A DNA stretch of 64,000 nt from Dudresnaya verticillata (Eukaryota): assembly GCA_977862235.1 (NCBI GenBank), contig OZ374564.1:1178001-1242000 (forward strand), read 5' to 3'. Positions 52,042 through 62,226 of the stretch are shown in pieces. The number at the start of each line of letters is the position of its first letter. The stretch's first letter is position 1. The translations under genes and the position numbers were made by a program. The notes beneath the pieces are model-generated. The model did not search any database. It worked only from the letters and a program-made list of their open reading frames with translations, and had not been told where the DNA came from.

Positions 52042-52226
52042 GTTGGAAAACCCTTTGAGGTGATGCTGCTGCGGAAGAGAAGTACTGCTGCACGCGGGAT
52101 CGATTGTCGGCCGACGACGGTCATGGGCGTCGAACCGTCTGGATACCAAACGGTTATGATTTCGCGCGAAACGCGTGCAGGCTGCCCTGGCGTCCCGAGG
52201 ACGGGCCGCAATCTCGGGGGGAGCTC

Positions 52227-52745
52227 TGTAATACAGTGAAGGGCTTACAGAAGTGGGCCCTCTGCCCGCGTGTATGCGCGAAAATAGCGTTACCTATAGG
52301 GCGCCAGCAGGGACAAGATGGGTAGCCTATGATTGGTCCAAGTGTCACCCTGCAGGTCAGTAGCTTAGTATCTGTCTATTTATTTTAGAAATTATAGCTT
52401 AGGATAGGGGGCGTGTATATAGCCCAGTATGAGGGGTGCTGCCTGACAGTCGGAGTACCATATAAGGGTATCTCCCGTAGCGGTCACTGAACAGTAAAGG
52501 TAAGCACCTTCCGGCCCCAACTACGTCTCCAAGCTATCGGCACCGCAGCACACTTGTCACCCGTGCCCGGTTAACCGCCCGCCCAGTGAACTACCTTCAG
52601 TATCGTGCTTCCAATCAGGTTACGTGCCCTCGTCTCCCCTCTGGGTTCCTCCCGCTCTACCACCGCTACCAGGTACCCGCTCTGTGGCTTTCTCATTGAG
52701 TGCACTCTTTGAGTTCACAAGAGACCCAAAAGGCACTTCCTTACA
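52227..52745 (+). repeat. LTR 6 (shared)
   Basis: As LTR 2. Confidence 0.95.
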
Positions 52746-52860
52746 TCTGGTCTCCCGACCTAGAACTTCAAGGTTGATGAGCCGTTAAGAGGACGACGAA
52801 TATCGTAACCCAATTGGATACTGAAGAAAATCAACCCACCAAGGCCCCTGTTACTCCAAG

Positions 52861-54894
52861 ATGTCAACTCACTCTCAAAGTAGTTCCCGTCGTGGTCAGA
52901 AGGCGGAGCAGACCCCATTGGTCCCCCCAGTTGAGGACCCGGAGTCTTTTCTCCACCCTCCGAGAACTCCTGGAGTAGAACAAGAGGAACCGCCTGGTCA
53001 AGCATCCACCAATCCCGTAACAGGTAAACCCTTAGCCGGTCCTTCGAAAGAAGTCGCAAGGCAGCCCCCGCTACATTCCAACCGTAACCATTGGGTCAAT
53101 ACTGATCTGATGCCCCGTCTGATCAACTGGCTACATGATGCGTTGACCCTTCGGTTACCTCAAACGGTTGAACCACTAGTGGGACACTTTCTAGAGGAAC
53201 AAGGTCCAAGGACACTCTCAGAGTTTGCCGCCACGGCTACTGACAAGTTAGTCCAGTCATGGACCACTCAGCCGGACAGTAGTCCAATCTATGGGATGCT
53301 TACCAAAATGGTTCCCCCGTTGGTCGCTCAGTCTCTCGAGGCCTATGGGCAAGCAGCGGACCCTTCAACTGGACCAAAGTCTAAACCCACAGGGGAAACC
53401 AAAGTGGAAAATAAGGAGGATGATGTCGTCCCTCCTAGCATCGTTCTACCAACCAAAACTGGTGATATAAAAAAGGAACCCGAAGGGGGTTTGTCGGACT
53501 CCGAAGGTAGTAAGAGTAACCGACAAGGATCGAAGTCCAAGAATTCTAAAAAGAAGAAGAAGAAGGACAAACGAAAGAAAAATAAGAAGAAACATCACTC
53601 ATCTGAGTCTGACTCATCGTCAGTTACCTCAGATGGTTCAAGTTCGGATGATTCATCCGATGATGACCGACGGCGCCGTCGCCGGTCGTCTAAACCTACA
53701 AAGGTCAGGAGGATTAAACCCCTTAACGACCTATTTACCCGAGTGGTTAGCTTTCAAAGTTACCGATTAGACAACCGCTCAAGGCTTTACTCTTCGAGAA
53801 TCTCTCGGAAAGTAAATACCTACTATAAGAGGATGGCTATTCAGATGCCACCCTCTCGGTTTTCGGGGGTAGACCCGATTAACACCTTGGGTTTCCTAGC
53901 AAGGTTCAAGCATGCCTGTAACCACAATGATATCCATGAAGGAGCTGCCGTTTGGTTACTACAATATTTTATGGCAGGAACCGCAAGGGACAACCTTCAG
54001 GCGAGGCTCCAGACAAGAACCAGTATGGTCGTAGACTATGAAGATGAGGGAGATTTATTAACAACGTACCCTGAAGTGGTTAATTACCTTTTGGAAACTT
54101 ATGCTACCGATGAGGTTATTGCACTAGCCTATGCCGACGTGATTTCGTTGCGACAAGCAGAGGGCAAAACGGAACGGGACTTCGCAGAGTTAGTAAGAGC
54201 CAGAGCTCGCCGTTGCGGGTCGGTGTTCACTGAACACCGCCTCAAGGCGATCTTCGTTGATGGGCTCCTCCCTAGTATCCGTGCACCGGTTCGTAACCGA
54301 TTGGCTTCCTCAAAGAGTTTGTCCTACACCCATATTACACAGTATGCACAAGATCTTGGGGAAGCTCACAGGAGTACACGTGGGACGACTAACCTAAAGG
54401 GTAAAAGGGGAGTAATTCCCGTCGCCGCGGTTAGCTTCGAGAAACCGCCGTCTCACTCCGTGAGTACGTCGACAGCTACCTCCGAGGGTTTACCGGGAAT
54501 GGAAGACATTCATGAAGAGGAGATTTTCCAACTTGGTGAAGAATTATCTAACCAGTCTATGACACCCCCGTCTTCGATAACCACAGTAGGATCCCGAGAT
54601 GGTGCGCCGATACGGGCATGTTGGATCTGTGTTAATCCAGACCACATGGCACATGAATGTCCATTGGTAACCCCCGCGGTTCGCGCTGGCATAATTGCTT
54701 CCAGAAGGCAAAACCTCTATGGTTTAGCTCGGGCCCGAGCCATGCAAGGTAATCGACAAGGTAACCCCGGGGCCTCCTCCTCAACCGGCCATCCGGGCCC
54801 CACCCAGGCTAGACGCACGGGATCACCCTCAGTGGAGCCCTCAAAGGCAGCTCAAGGAGTTTCCATTGCGGAAAACGTGGAGGAGGAGGCATAA
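52861..54894 (+). CDS. gag: Gag, unit 6
   Basis: As unit 1. Confidence 0.93.
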   Translation: MSTHSQSSSRRGQKAEQTPLVPPVEDPESFLHPPRTPGVEQEEPPGQASTNPVTGKPLAGPSKEVARQPPLHSNRNHWVNTDLMPRLINWLHDALTLRLPQTVEPLVGHFLEEQGPRTLSEFAATATDKLVQSWTTQPDSSPIYGMLTKMVPPLVAQSLEAYGQAADPSTGPKSKPTGETKVENKEDDVVPPSIVLPTKTGDIKKEPEGGLSDSEGSKSNRQGSKSKNSKKKKKKDKRKKNKKKHHSSESDSSSVTSDGSSSDDSSDDDRRRRRRSSKPTKVRRIKPLNDLFTRVVSFQSYRLDNRSRLYSSRISRKVNTYYKRMAIQMPPSRFSGVDPINTLGFLARFKHACNHNDIHEGAAVWLLQYFMAGTARDNLQARLQTRTSMVVDYEDEGDLLTTYPEVVNYLLETYATDEVIALAYADVISLRQAEGKTERDFAELVRARARRCGSVFTEHRLKAIFVDGLLPSIRAPVRNRLASSKSLSYTHITQYAQDLGEAHRSTRGTTNLKGKRGVIPVAAVSFEKPPSHSVSTSTATSEGLPGMEDIHEEEIFQLGEELSNQSMTPPSSITTVGSRDGAPIRACWICVNPDHMAHECPLVTPAVRAGIIASRRQNLYGLARARAMQGNRQGNPGASSSTGHPGPTQARRTGSPSVEPSKAAQGVSIAENVEEEA

Positions 54895-55049
54895 CGACGC
54901 ATGCCCCCTCCTCAAATATGCGCCTTCCAGAACCCGTATTACGACCCGATGTCGTGGATAACCTGGAGGGTGATGACTATGATGAAGTATGTTTACTTAA
55001 GAAGCAAAACTACAAAGTGGATCTATCGTTAGGGGTCTGGTCATCTTAG

Positions 55050-58000
55050 ATGATATCCGCAAGGGGCGTGATTGATTCTGGCGCCGGACCCAATCTGGTT
55101 CATGTTAAAATTTTACCTAATGGTTGGGAAAAGCGAGCCAAACCCTATAAGGAAACCACGCGTAGCATCGTTGACGCTTCTAATAATCGAATATTACCTC
55201 TAGGAGTCATCCCCTTGTATATCCGTGTCGGTAATCTCTATACGAAGACCCATTTTCTGGTTGTTGCTAATATGCCTGCCGAAGTTATACTTGGTACAGC
55301 CTTCATCGATCGGCATGTCACAGCCATCATGCCGGGACCCCGAAGGTTACTCTTGAAGGATGCCCCAGCCGTACCTATCCTCGGTGTTTCCATGGGAGGA
55401 ATTACTGCTCCCGATGCCACACAACCAACGGTTTCTACCAGAGTGAGAATAGCCAAAGACTGGGTCATACCTCCTAGGTCACGTTCATTCGTGCCGGTGA
55501 GAACCAGCGCATCTGGATTATGCCTGGTTCAAAATATCCCGCGGTCACTACATAAGTCGTTAACCATTATGGAAAACGGGATCAGGGACGTTCTTCCGAT
55601 GGAAGTTTTCCCTGTGCTAATGACCAATTTTGGTGATCGCCCTGCTCGCTTGAAAAAGACGCAAGTAGTAGGCCATGCGTTACCACGGCCGGATCAGGTT
55701 TTGAGCATTGGAACTTTACAAGAAGCTCCCCAGTCGGATACCCAGGGGGAGAAGCCAAAGGCGGAACCCAGTTGGGAAGACACTGTCCATATAGGTGTCG
55801 AAGACAGTGCTACTCGATCCCAAATCATGGAAATGCTTCAAGAGTATCAAGAAATGTGGTCAGGCCAACTGGGCACCATTAAGGCCACTCAGCACAGGAT
55901 TGAGTTGATGGACGGGGGAAAACCCATCTATCAACACCCTTATAGAGCTGGCCCTAAAGCTCGGGAAGCCGAAAAGGCGAAAGTACAACGAATGTTACGC
56001 GAAGGCGTTATTGAACCCTCTGGGGCAGAATGGGCCAGTCCCGTAGTCCTGGTGGCCAAACCGGATGGGTCTCTACGTTTTTGCGTCGACTATCGCCGAC
56101 TTAATAGTATTACTCGGAGAGATTCCTATCCGTTACCTCGAATGGACGAATGTATCGACTCGCTGGGAGACGCTAAGATATTTACGACGCTCGACTGTAA
56201 TAGTGGCTATTGGCAAGTTGAAGTCGATCCCGACGATCGCGATAAGACGACGTTCACCTGCCACGAAGGATTATACCGTTTTATCAGGATGCCATTTGGT
56301 CTCAAGAATGCGCCCGCCACATTCCAACGGGCAGTCGACATTATATTATCTCGATGCAAGTGGCAATACGCTTTGGTTTACCTCGACGACGTTGTTGTGT
56401 ACTCTCGGAGTATTAATGACCACTTCCACCATTTAGGTACTGTGCTTGATCTACTAAGAACCGCAGGGGTTTCTCTTAAGTTATCTAAGTGTAAGTTCTT
56501 CGAGGCGTCCGTCGATTACCTCGGCCATGTCATACGCCCAGGAAAAAAGCTGGAAGTCGCCTCCAAGAACGTTACCGCACTACGCCAGGCGAAACCTCCC
56601 ACGGATCAAACCGATTTAAGGTCATTTCTTGGAGTATGTAACGTCTATCGACGCTTCGTCCCTAATTATGTACGCATTGCGTCTCCGCTCTGCAGGAAAC
56701 TCCGCAAGGATCAACCCTTCACTTTTGAGTCACTCGCAGAGGATGAATACGACGCCTTCGACGAACTCCGGCGTCGTCTTTTAACGGCACCCATATTGGC
56801 GTTACCTCGAAAGGGATTCCGTTATTACGTAGATACCGATGCGTGCGACCTTCAGGTTGGCTGTTGTTTACTTCAAGAAACCGAACAAGGGGATAAGCTG
56901 CCTATTGGTTATTGGAGTCGCACTCTTAATTCCGCCGAGCGTAATTATTCGGCTACCGAACGGGAATGTCTCGCCGTTGTATGGAGTCTTTTAACACTCC
57001 GACCTTACCTTGAAGGTGACCGCTTTACGGTTAGAACCGACCACGAACCACTTCAGTGGTTGCTAAACCTCTCGGATGCATCGGGTCGCCTAGCCCGTTG
57101 GCGTTTACGACTCTCGGAGTTCGACTTCCTAGTCACCTATAATCCTGGAAGGGAACATCATTTGGCAGACACCATGTCACGGCTTTCGACTCCAGGGAGT
57201 GACCAAACCCCATTAGACGATGACATCCCCTGTTTTGCCCTCGCGGTTGAACATAGCACCCCGCGTCAGCTCAATTTACCCACCGTCCGTGACTTGGCAA
57301 ACCAAAAGGGTTTACCCCGTCAGGTTAATAAGCAAGAACTCCTCGAGGCACAATCAAAGGATGAGTACTGCCAAAAGATGGCTAACCAAGTTGGTATCGC
57401 TGGCTCCCAATTCCAGTGGGACCATAATGGTTTTCTAATCCGCCAAGCGACACTCGATGGAGCACTTCAGATAGTAGTGCCAAAGTCCCTGCGTCCCCGC
57501 ATCCTATATTTGGCCCACTATCCTCTCCTCTCTGGACACCCTGGTGGTTCAAGGATGTACTACACCCTCCGGCGACAGTTTTATTGGCCGTATATGGCTA
57601 ATGACGCATATGCCGTTGTGGGTGACTGTACTAAGTGTGTCCAAAATCGGGGTACCGTACGGAAACATCAGAACTACCTTAAGCTATTTCCCGCCGCTGG
57701 CCCACTGGAATTCCTTGCTATGGATCTCGCGGGACCTTTCCCCAAAACAGAGCACGGCAACCGTTTCGTCCTGGTTATTACCGATCGGTTTTCTAAGCTT
57801 ACGCGCGCCATACCTTTACGGAATACCAATGCCCGCACGGTCGCACAAGTTTTTCTGGACCACTGGGTCTACCCTTACGGTGTCCCGTTATATGTGCTTT
57901 CCGATAATGGTCCACAGTTCGTGTCCAAGTTCTTCGCCACGATCTGCCAAACCCTGGGGTTACGTCAGTTATTCACAACCGCTTACCACCCCCAGACCAA

Positions 58001-58883
58001 CGGTCAGGTCGAACGATTCAATAAGACCCTTGTCCAACGGTTACGTCATTATGTCGCGGATCATCAGCGTGACTGGGACAGTTACGTGCATCCGCTTACC
58101 TATGCGTATAACCTTCAGGTTCACCGCTCGACGGGTACTTCACCTTTTGATCTCGTCCTGTCCCGGCAACCTTCGGTTATACCTCTCCAAGGTTCCCCCA
58201 CCACGGGTCTTACTAATCAGTTGGATTCTCAACTCACCGTTGCTTCTGTCAAGCGTTTAACCATTCGGAAACTTCAACAGGCCATTGCAACCGCTCGGGG
58301 CACCCTCACGGCTGCCCAACAACGGTATAAATCGGCCTTTGATACCTCCATGGCACGGCCTTTTTCGGTTACCATCGGTGATTGGGTCTATCTGGACCGT
58401 CCTAAGTTCACGAAACGCCAAGTTGGTGAACGACAGGCTTCCCTCGTCGACCCCGCCGAGGAGCAGAACCTTTCTAGGAAACTTTTGCCCAAAGCGACCG
58501 GACCCTTTTTGGTTACAGCCGTTAATCCCAACCATACGGTTACGATTAAGCAATACGGGCTTTTTAATACCGTTTCGCAAGACCGTATTTCGGTTGACCC
58601 TCATCGTGGACCCCGAACTCCCCTAGCCGACCCGGAGATAACGCAGGATGCGCCTTCGGCTCCTCCACCGCCTACTACCCAACCCCAGTCGGATTACTAT
58701 ACAGTTGACCACTTGGTTAAGCACCGTGTCACCGACAGTGGTTACCAATACAAGGTTCGCTGGTATGGTTACGCCCCCAATGATGATACTTGGGAGCCCC
58801 CCGCGCACATCCCTCACAACTTTGTGTTACGCTACTGGCGCCGGCTTGACCAGACGCCACCGCCCGGAGCTGGGGGGGTGTAG
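55050..58883 (+). CDS. pol: Pol, unit 6
   Basis: As unit 2. Confidence 0.96.
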   Translation: MISARGVIDSGAGPNLVHVKILPNGWEKRAKPYKETTRSIVDASNNRILPLGVIPLYIRVGNLYTKTHFLVVANMPAEVILGTAFIDRHVTAIMPGPRRLLLKDAPAVPILGVSMGGITAPDATQPTVSTRVRIAKDWVIPPRSRSFVPVRTSASGLCLVQNIPRSLHKSLTIMENGIRDVLPMEVFPVLMTNFGDRPARLKKTQVVGHALPRPDQVLSIGTLQEAPQSDTQGEKPKAEPSWEDTVHIGVEDSATRSQIMEMLQEYQEMWSGQLGTIKATQHRIELMDGGKPIYQHPYRAGPKAREAEKAKVQRMLREGVIEPSGAEWASPVVLVAKPDGSLRFCVDYRRLNSITRRDSYPLPRMDECIDSLGDAKIFTTLDCNSGYWQVEVDPDDRDKTTFTCHEGLYRFIRMPFGLKNAPATFQRAVDIILSRCKWQYALVYLDDVVVYSRSINDHFHHLGTVLDLLRTAGVSLKLSKCKFFEASVDYLGHVIRPGKKLEVASKNVTALRQAKPPTDQTDLRSFLGVCNVYRRFVPNYVRIASPLCRKLRKDQPFTFESLAEDEYDAFDELRRRLLTAPILALPRKGFRYYVDTDACDLQVGCCLLQETEQGDKLPIGYWSRTLNSAERNYSATERECLAVVWSLLTLRPYLEGDRFTVRTDHEPLQWLLNLSDASGRLARWRLRLSEFDFLVTYNPGREHHLADTMSRLSTPGSDQTPLDDDIPCFALAVEHSTPRQLNLPTVRDLANQKGLPRQVNKQELLEAQSKDEYCQKMANQVGIAGSQFQWDHNGFLIRQATLDGALQIVVPKSLRPRILYLAHYPLLSGHPGGSRMYYTLRRQFYWPYMANDAYAVVGDCTKCVQNRGTVRKHQNYLKLFPAAGPLEFLAMDLAGPFPKTEHGNRFVLVITDRFSKLTRAIPLRNTNARTVAQVFLDHWVYPYGVPLYVLSDNGPQFVSKFFATICQTLGLRQLFTTAYHPQTNGQVERFNKTLVQRLRHYVADHQRDWDSYVHPLTYAYNLQVHRSTGTSPFDLVLSRQPSVIPLQGSPTTGLTNQLDSQLTVASVKRLTIRKLQQAIATARGTLTAAQQRYKSAFDTSMARPFSVTIGDWVYLDRPKFTKRQVGERQASLVDPAEEQNLSRKLLPKATGPFLVTAVNPNHTVTIKQYGLFNTVSQDRISVDPHRGPRTPLADPEITQDAPSAPPPPTTQPQSDYYTVDHLVKHRVTDSGYQYKVRWYGYAPNDDTWEPPAHIPHNFVLRYWRRLDQTPPPGAGGV

Positions 58884-59178
58884 GTGTCATGGATTTTCGC
58901 GGACCCCAAAGTACACATCGCGAAACGTCACTCAGAGAGTCAGCGCCACCCAATCAACAGGCTTCGCGACGGCGTTATCTCATGGAGTCAAATGAATCGG
59001 CACTAGGTCCTACCCCTCTTCACTTTTTCTATTTATTCTACGCTACTTGCCTACAGTACACTGCACTCTTTTAGAAACCAAGACAAAGGACAGCCACACA
59101 GGGAGGTACAACACAAGACAGAAGATATTTTATTGGACACTCGTCAGGTCACCCTAGAGGCTCATCTAATTAGAGTAC

Positions 59179-59979
59179 CTACTGGTAACGGGAACGTTTC
59201 CCAACCGACTCCTCGAAGTCGCCCGAACGAGAAGACGCAAGGCGACGGGGTTGGAAAGGAGACGCCCTACGAGTCTCAGCAGGCGTGGTAGCTCCAGGAG
59301 TCGCTTCGGGCAGCGCCGCTCGGCTCCCTACCTCCACGGGAGTAGCCATACTGGTAGTAACCCCGGTAGGAAGAGGCTGCGTCACCTGATAGGTAGAGGA
59401 GCCAGCTGGAGTCTCCTTAGGCGGCCCCCCCACAACCATCTTGGTAATATCCGACGGAGCAGCGGATTGCCGTTCAGCTCCCTGAACGGGCCCCGGTGAC
59501 GCCAGAGCCAAAGGGTCACCCGGTTGATAGTTCACCACTTGGGTTAGCGAATCGGTCGCGCCACGAGCGGAAGTCTTCGGCTGAATATCGCTCTTGCGTA
59601 AGACCTCCCGGGTGAACTTGGTACAGGAGGTGACGAAACTCGTGGAGTTCTGCGGCATCGCCGCCGCCATGCTCGCAAGAGACGCCCGGACGTTGGCCAC
59701 TTCGGTTCCCAAACGGTCCATCGTTGCCATATGGTTACCCAGTTGGTTCACTTCGAAGTTCCCCATCTGGGCCACCTCCCGGAGTAACCAAGTCAGGAGG
59801 GCCTCCTTCGACACCCACTCCCGAGCGGCATCCAGAGCCTCCTCTACAGTTGCCGGTACCGGAACCTTTGCAGCGCGACACGCCTCTTGAAGTCGACCAA
59901 ATTTAAGGTGACCAGAGGTAGAAAGGGTCGTTCCAGCTGGGACCGTCGCTGCACAAGAGGGACCACTCGGTGAAGCCAA
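59179..59979 (-). CDS. Antisense ORF distal part, unit 6
   Basis: As unit 1. Confidence 0.55.
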   Translation of the reverse strand: MASPSGPSCAATVPAGTTLSTSGHLKFGRLQEACRAAKVPVPATVEEALDAAREWVSKEALLTWLLREVAQMGNFEVNQLGNHMATMDRLGTEVANVRASLASMAAAMPQNSTSFVTSCTKFTREVLRKSDIQPKTSARGATDSLTQVVNYQPGDPLALASPGPVQGAERQSAAPSDITKMVVGGPPKETPAGSSTYQVTQPLPTGVTTSMATPVEVGSRAALPEATPGATTPAETRRASPFQPRRLASSRSGDFEESVGKRSRYQ

Positions 59980-59991
59980 TGGGTTAACTTG

Positions 59992-61407
59992 TCAAGCCGC
60001 TGCTTCGCGAGTGACCATCGGGGGTATGCCAGTGGAGGGTGCCCGTGCGGGTGTCGCCGGACGCGCCTCACGCATTTGCGTTACTGTCCCCGGTGCCGCT
60101 CGTGGCTTTGGAGTCCCCGGACGCGCCCCCAGACCCAGGCGCGCAGTCCTCGCTGGAGTCACTGGCCCTGACGCTGCTCGCGCCCGGTCGGGGTAACCAC
60201 TGTAGGTGGGTGCCTCATCGTCGTCGACCACTTGGTTTCTCTCCGAGTTCGGCCCCATGTGACCCCAGCCACGACCCATATTCCCTGCCTCCCCAAAGGA
60301 GTAGAGAGGCGGACCAGGACGGTTGTCAACGATATGTCGCCTACCAAATCGGCCAACCGCTTCGGCAACCTCAGGGTCATACGCAACCCAGACCTCGCCG
60401 GCGGCCCACTTGAAGGTCTCCGATGCGGTTAGTAGTCCCGCCAAGTCGTCACCCGCAAAGGTACTACCCCCACAAATGAGGTCAACCCCGAGGGTGCGAA
60501 TGGCCTCGATGAGTGTCTTGGACAAGCGGAAGAGACGACCATCCGGTAGACCATCTTGGGTATGATAACCAGCTTCGGTATAGGGCGTCGCGTCCCACAT
60601 GCCAAAGTAGGCTGCCTGAAGAAAGGCCAGTGCTACGTGGAGTACCTGCTCGGTTTTGGAGATTGACCACACCGGGTAATACCACTTCGCCGCAGATTCA
60701 CGCGCATGGGCGCTGAAGTACACCAAAACTCCTGGAGTTAACGACGGCAAGGAGCGCGGACCTTCGATGGCGTGCCACCAGCTGGGTTTCTTCACATAGT
60801 AATCACGACGCCGACCCATGGGGATATTCCACATTTCGACGTTGTGAAACCCCGCTAGGAGAGCATCGGTACGGTTGCGGATGCGCGTCTCCGTCCAGAT
60901 GTCCACTGCCCACCGCTCGGTCAACCACCACAGGTCGGGAAAAGGCTTCGACTCCAGGAGTGACTCAGGAAGTAACTTGATCTCGTTCACCCACTGGTTA
61001 CCCTCAAGGAAGCGGTAGAGAGAGGGGACGTAGTCTTCTTCGAACCCGACACGCAGCCACTTGAGGTCACTACCATAATGGTTCGGAACGAGGACGCTTG
61101 GCGGACAGTGACGCAGACGCGCAACCCACTGGTTCTCGCGCTTACCCTCGGGGATCGCCCGGAAGCGGTAGGTGTCCGGATGGGTGTCCACGAGGTAACC
61201 TTGGAGTGGGAACTGCTCCAGCACCTCCTGGTTGGAAAACGCCGACAAACCGCCGTGGCCACCCATGGGGGAAGACTGGGCCATCGCGGCGTAGTAACCT
61301 CCGCGGCTTACGCAAGGCGTGACTGGAAAGACCACGTCGGGGTTGGAGAAACGACGGCGACGGGGTGGTGAACGGCGTGGTGTTGGTTGTGGTTGACGTG
61401 GGACCAT
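59992..61407 (-). CDS. Antisense ORF proximal part, unit 6
   Basis: As unit 1. Confidence 0.75.
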   Translation of the reverse strand: MVPRQPQPTPRRSPPRRRRFSNPDVVFPVTPCVSRGGYYAAMAQSSPMGGHGGLSAFSNQEVLEQFPLQGYLVDTHPDTYRFRAIPEGKRENQWVARLRHCPPSVLVPNHYGSDLKWLRVGFEEDYVPSLYRFLEGNQWVNEIKLLPESLLESKPFPDLWWLTERWAVDIWTETRIRNRTDALLAGFHNVEMWNIPMGRRRDYYVKKPSWWHAIEGPRSLPSLTPGVLVYFSAHARESAAKWYYPVWSISKTEQVLHVALAFLQAAYFGMWDATPYTEAGYHTQDGLPDGRLFRLSKTLIEAIRTLGVDLICGGSTFAGDDLAGLLTASETFKWAAGEVWVAYDPEVAEAVGRFGRRHIVDNRPGPPLYSFGEAGNMGRGWGHMGPNSERNQVVDDDEAPTYSGYPDRARAASGPVTPARTARLGLGARPGTPKPRAAPGTVTQMREARPATPARAPSTGIPPMVTREAAA

Positions 61408-61592
61408 GTTGGAAAACCCTTTGAGGTGATGCTGCTGCGGAAGAGAAGTACTGCTGCACGCGGGATCGATTGTCGGCCGACGACGGTCATGGGCGTCGAA
61501 CCGTCTGGATACCAAACGGTTATGATTTCGCGCGAAACGCGTGCAGGCTGCCCTGGCGTCCCGAGGACGGGCCGCAATCTCGGGGGGAGCTC

Positions 61593-62111
61593 TGTAATAC
61601 AGTGAAGGGCTTACAGAAGTGGGCCCTCTGCCCGCGTGTATGCGCGAAAATAGCGTTACCTATAGGGCGCCAGCAGGGACAAGATGGGTAGCCTATGATT
61701 GGTCCAAGTGTCACCCTGCAGGTCAGTAGCTTAGTATCTGTCTATTTATTTTAGAAATTATAGCTTAGGATAGGGGGCGTGTATATAGCCCAGTATGAGG
61801 GGTGCTGCCTGACAGTCGGAGTACCATATAAGGGTATCTCCCGTAGCGGTCACTGAACAGTAAAGGTAAGCACCTTCCGGCCCCAACTACGTCTCCAAGC
61901 TATCGGCACCGCAGCACACTTGTCACCCGTGCCCGGTTAACCGCCCGCCCAGTGAACTACCTTCAGTATCGTGCTTCCAATCAGGTTACGTGCCCTCGTC
62001 TCCCCTCTGGGTTCCTCCCGCTCTACCACCGCTACCAGGTACCCGCTCTGTGGCTTTCTCATTGAGTGCACTCTTTGAGTTCACAAGAGACCCAAAAGGC
62101 ACTTCCTTACA
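61593..62111 (+). repeat. LTR 7 (shared)
   Basis: As LTR 2. Confidence 0.95.
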
Positions 62112-62226
62112 TCTGGTCTCCCGACCTAGAACTTCAAGGTTGATGAGCCGTTAAGAGGACGACGAATATCGTAACCCAATTGGATACTGAAGAAAATCAA
62201 CCCACCAAGGCCCCTGTTACTCCAAG

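Larger units (their letters stand above)
42861..52745 (+). mobile_element. Gypsy chromovirus unit 5
   Basis: Same structure. Confidence 0.97.
52227..62111 (+). mobile_element. Gypsy chromovirus unit 6
   Basis: Same structure. Confidence 0.97.
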
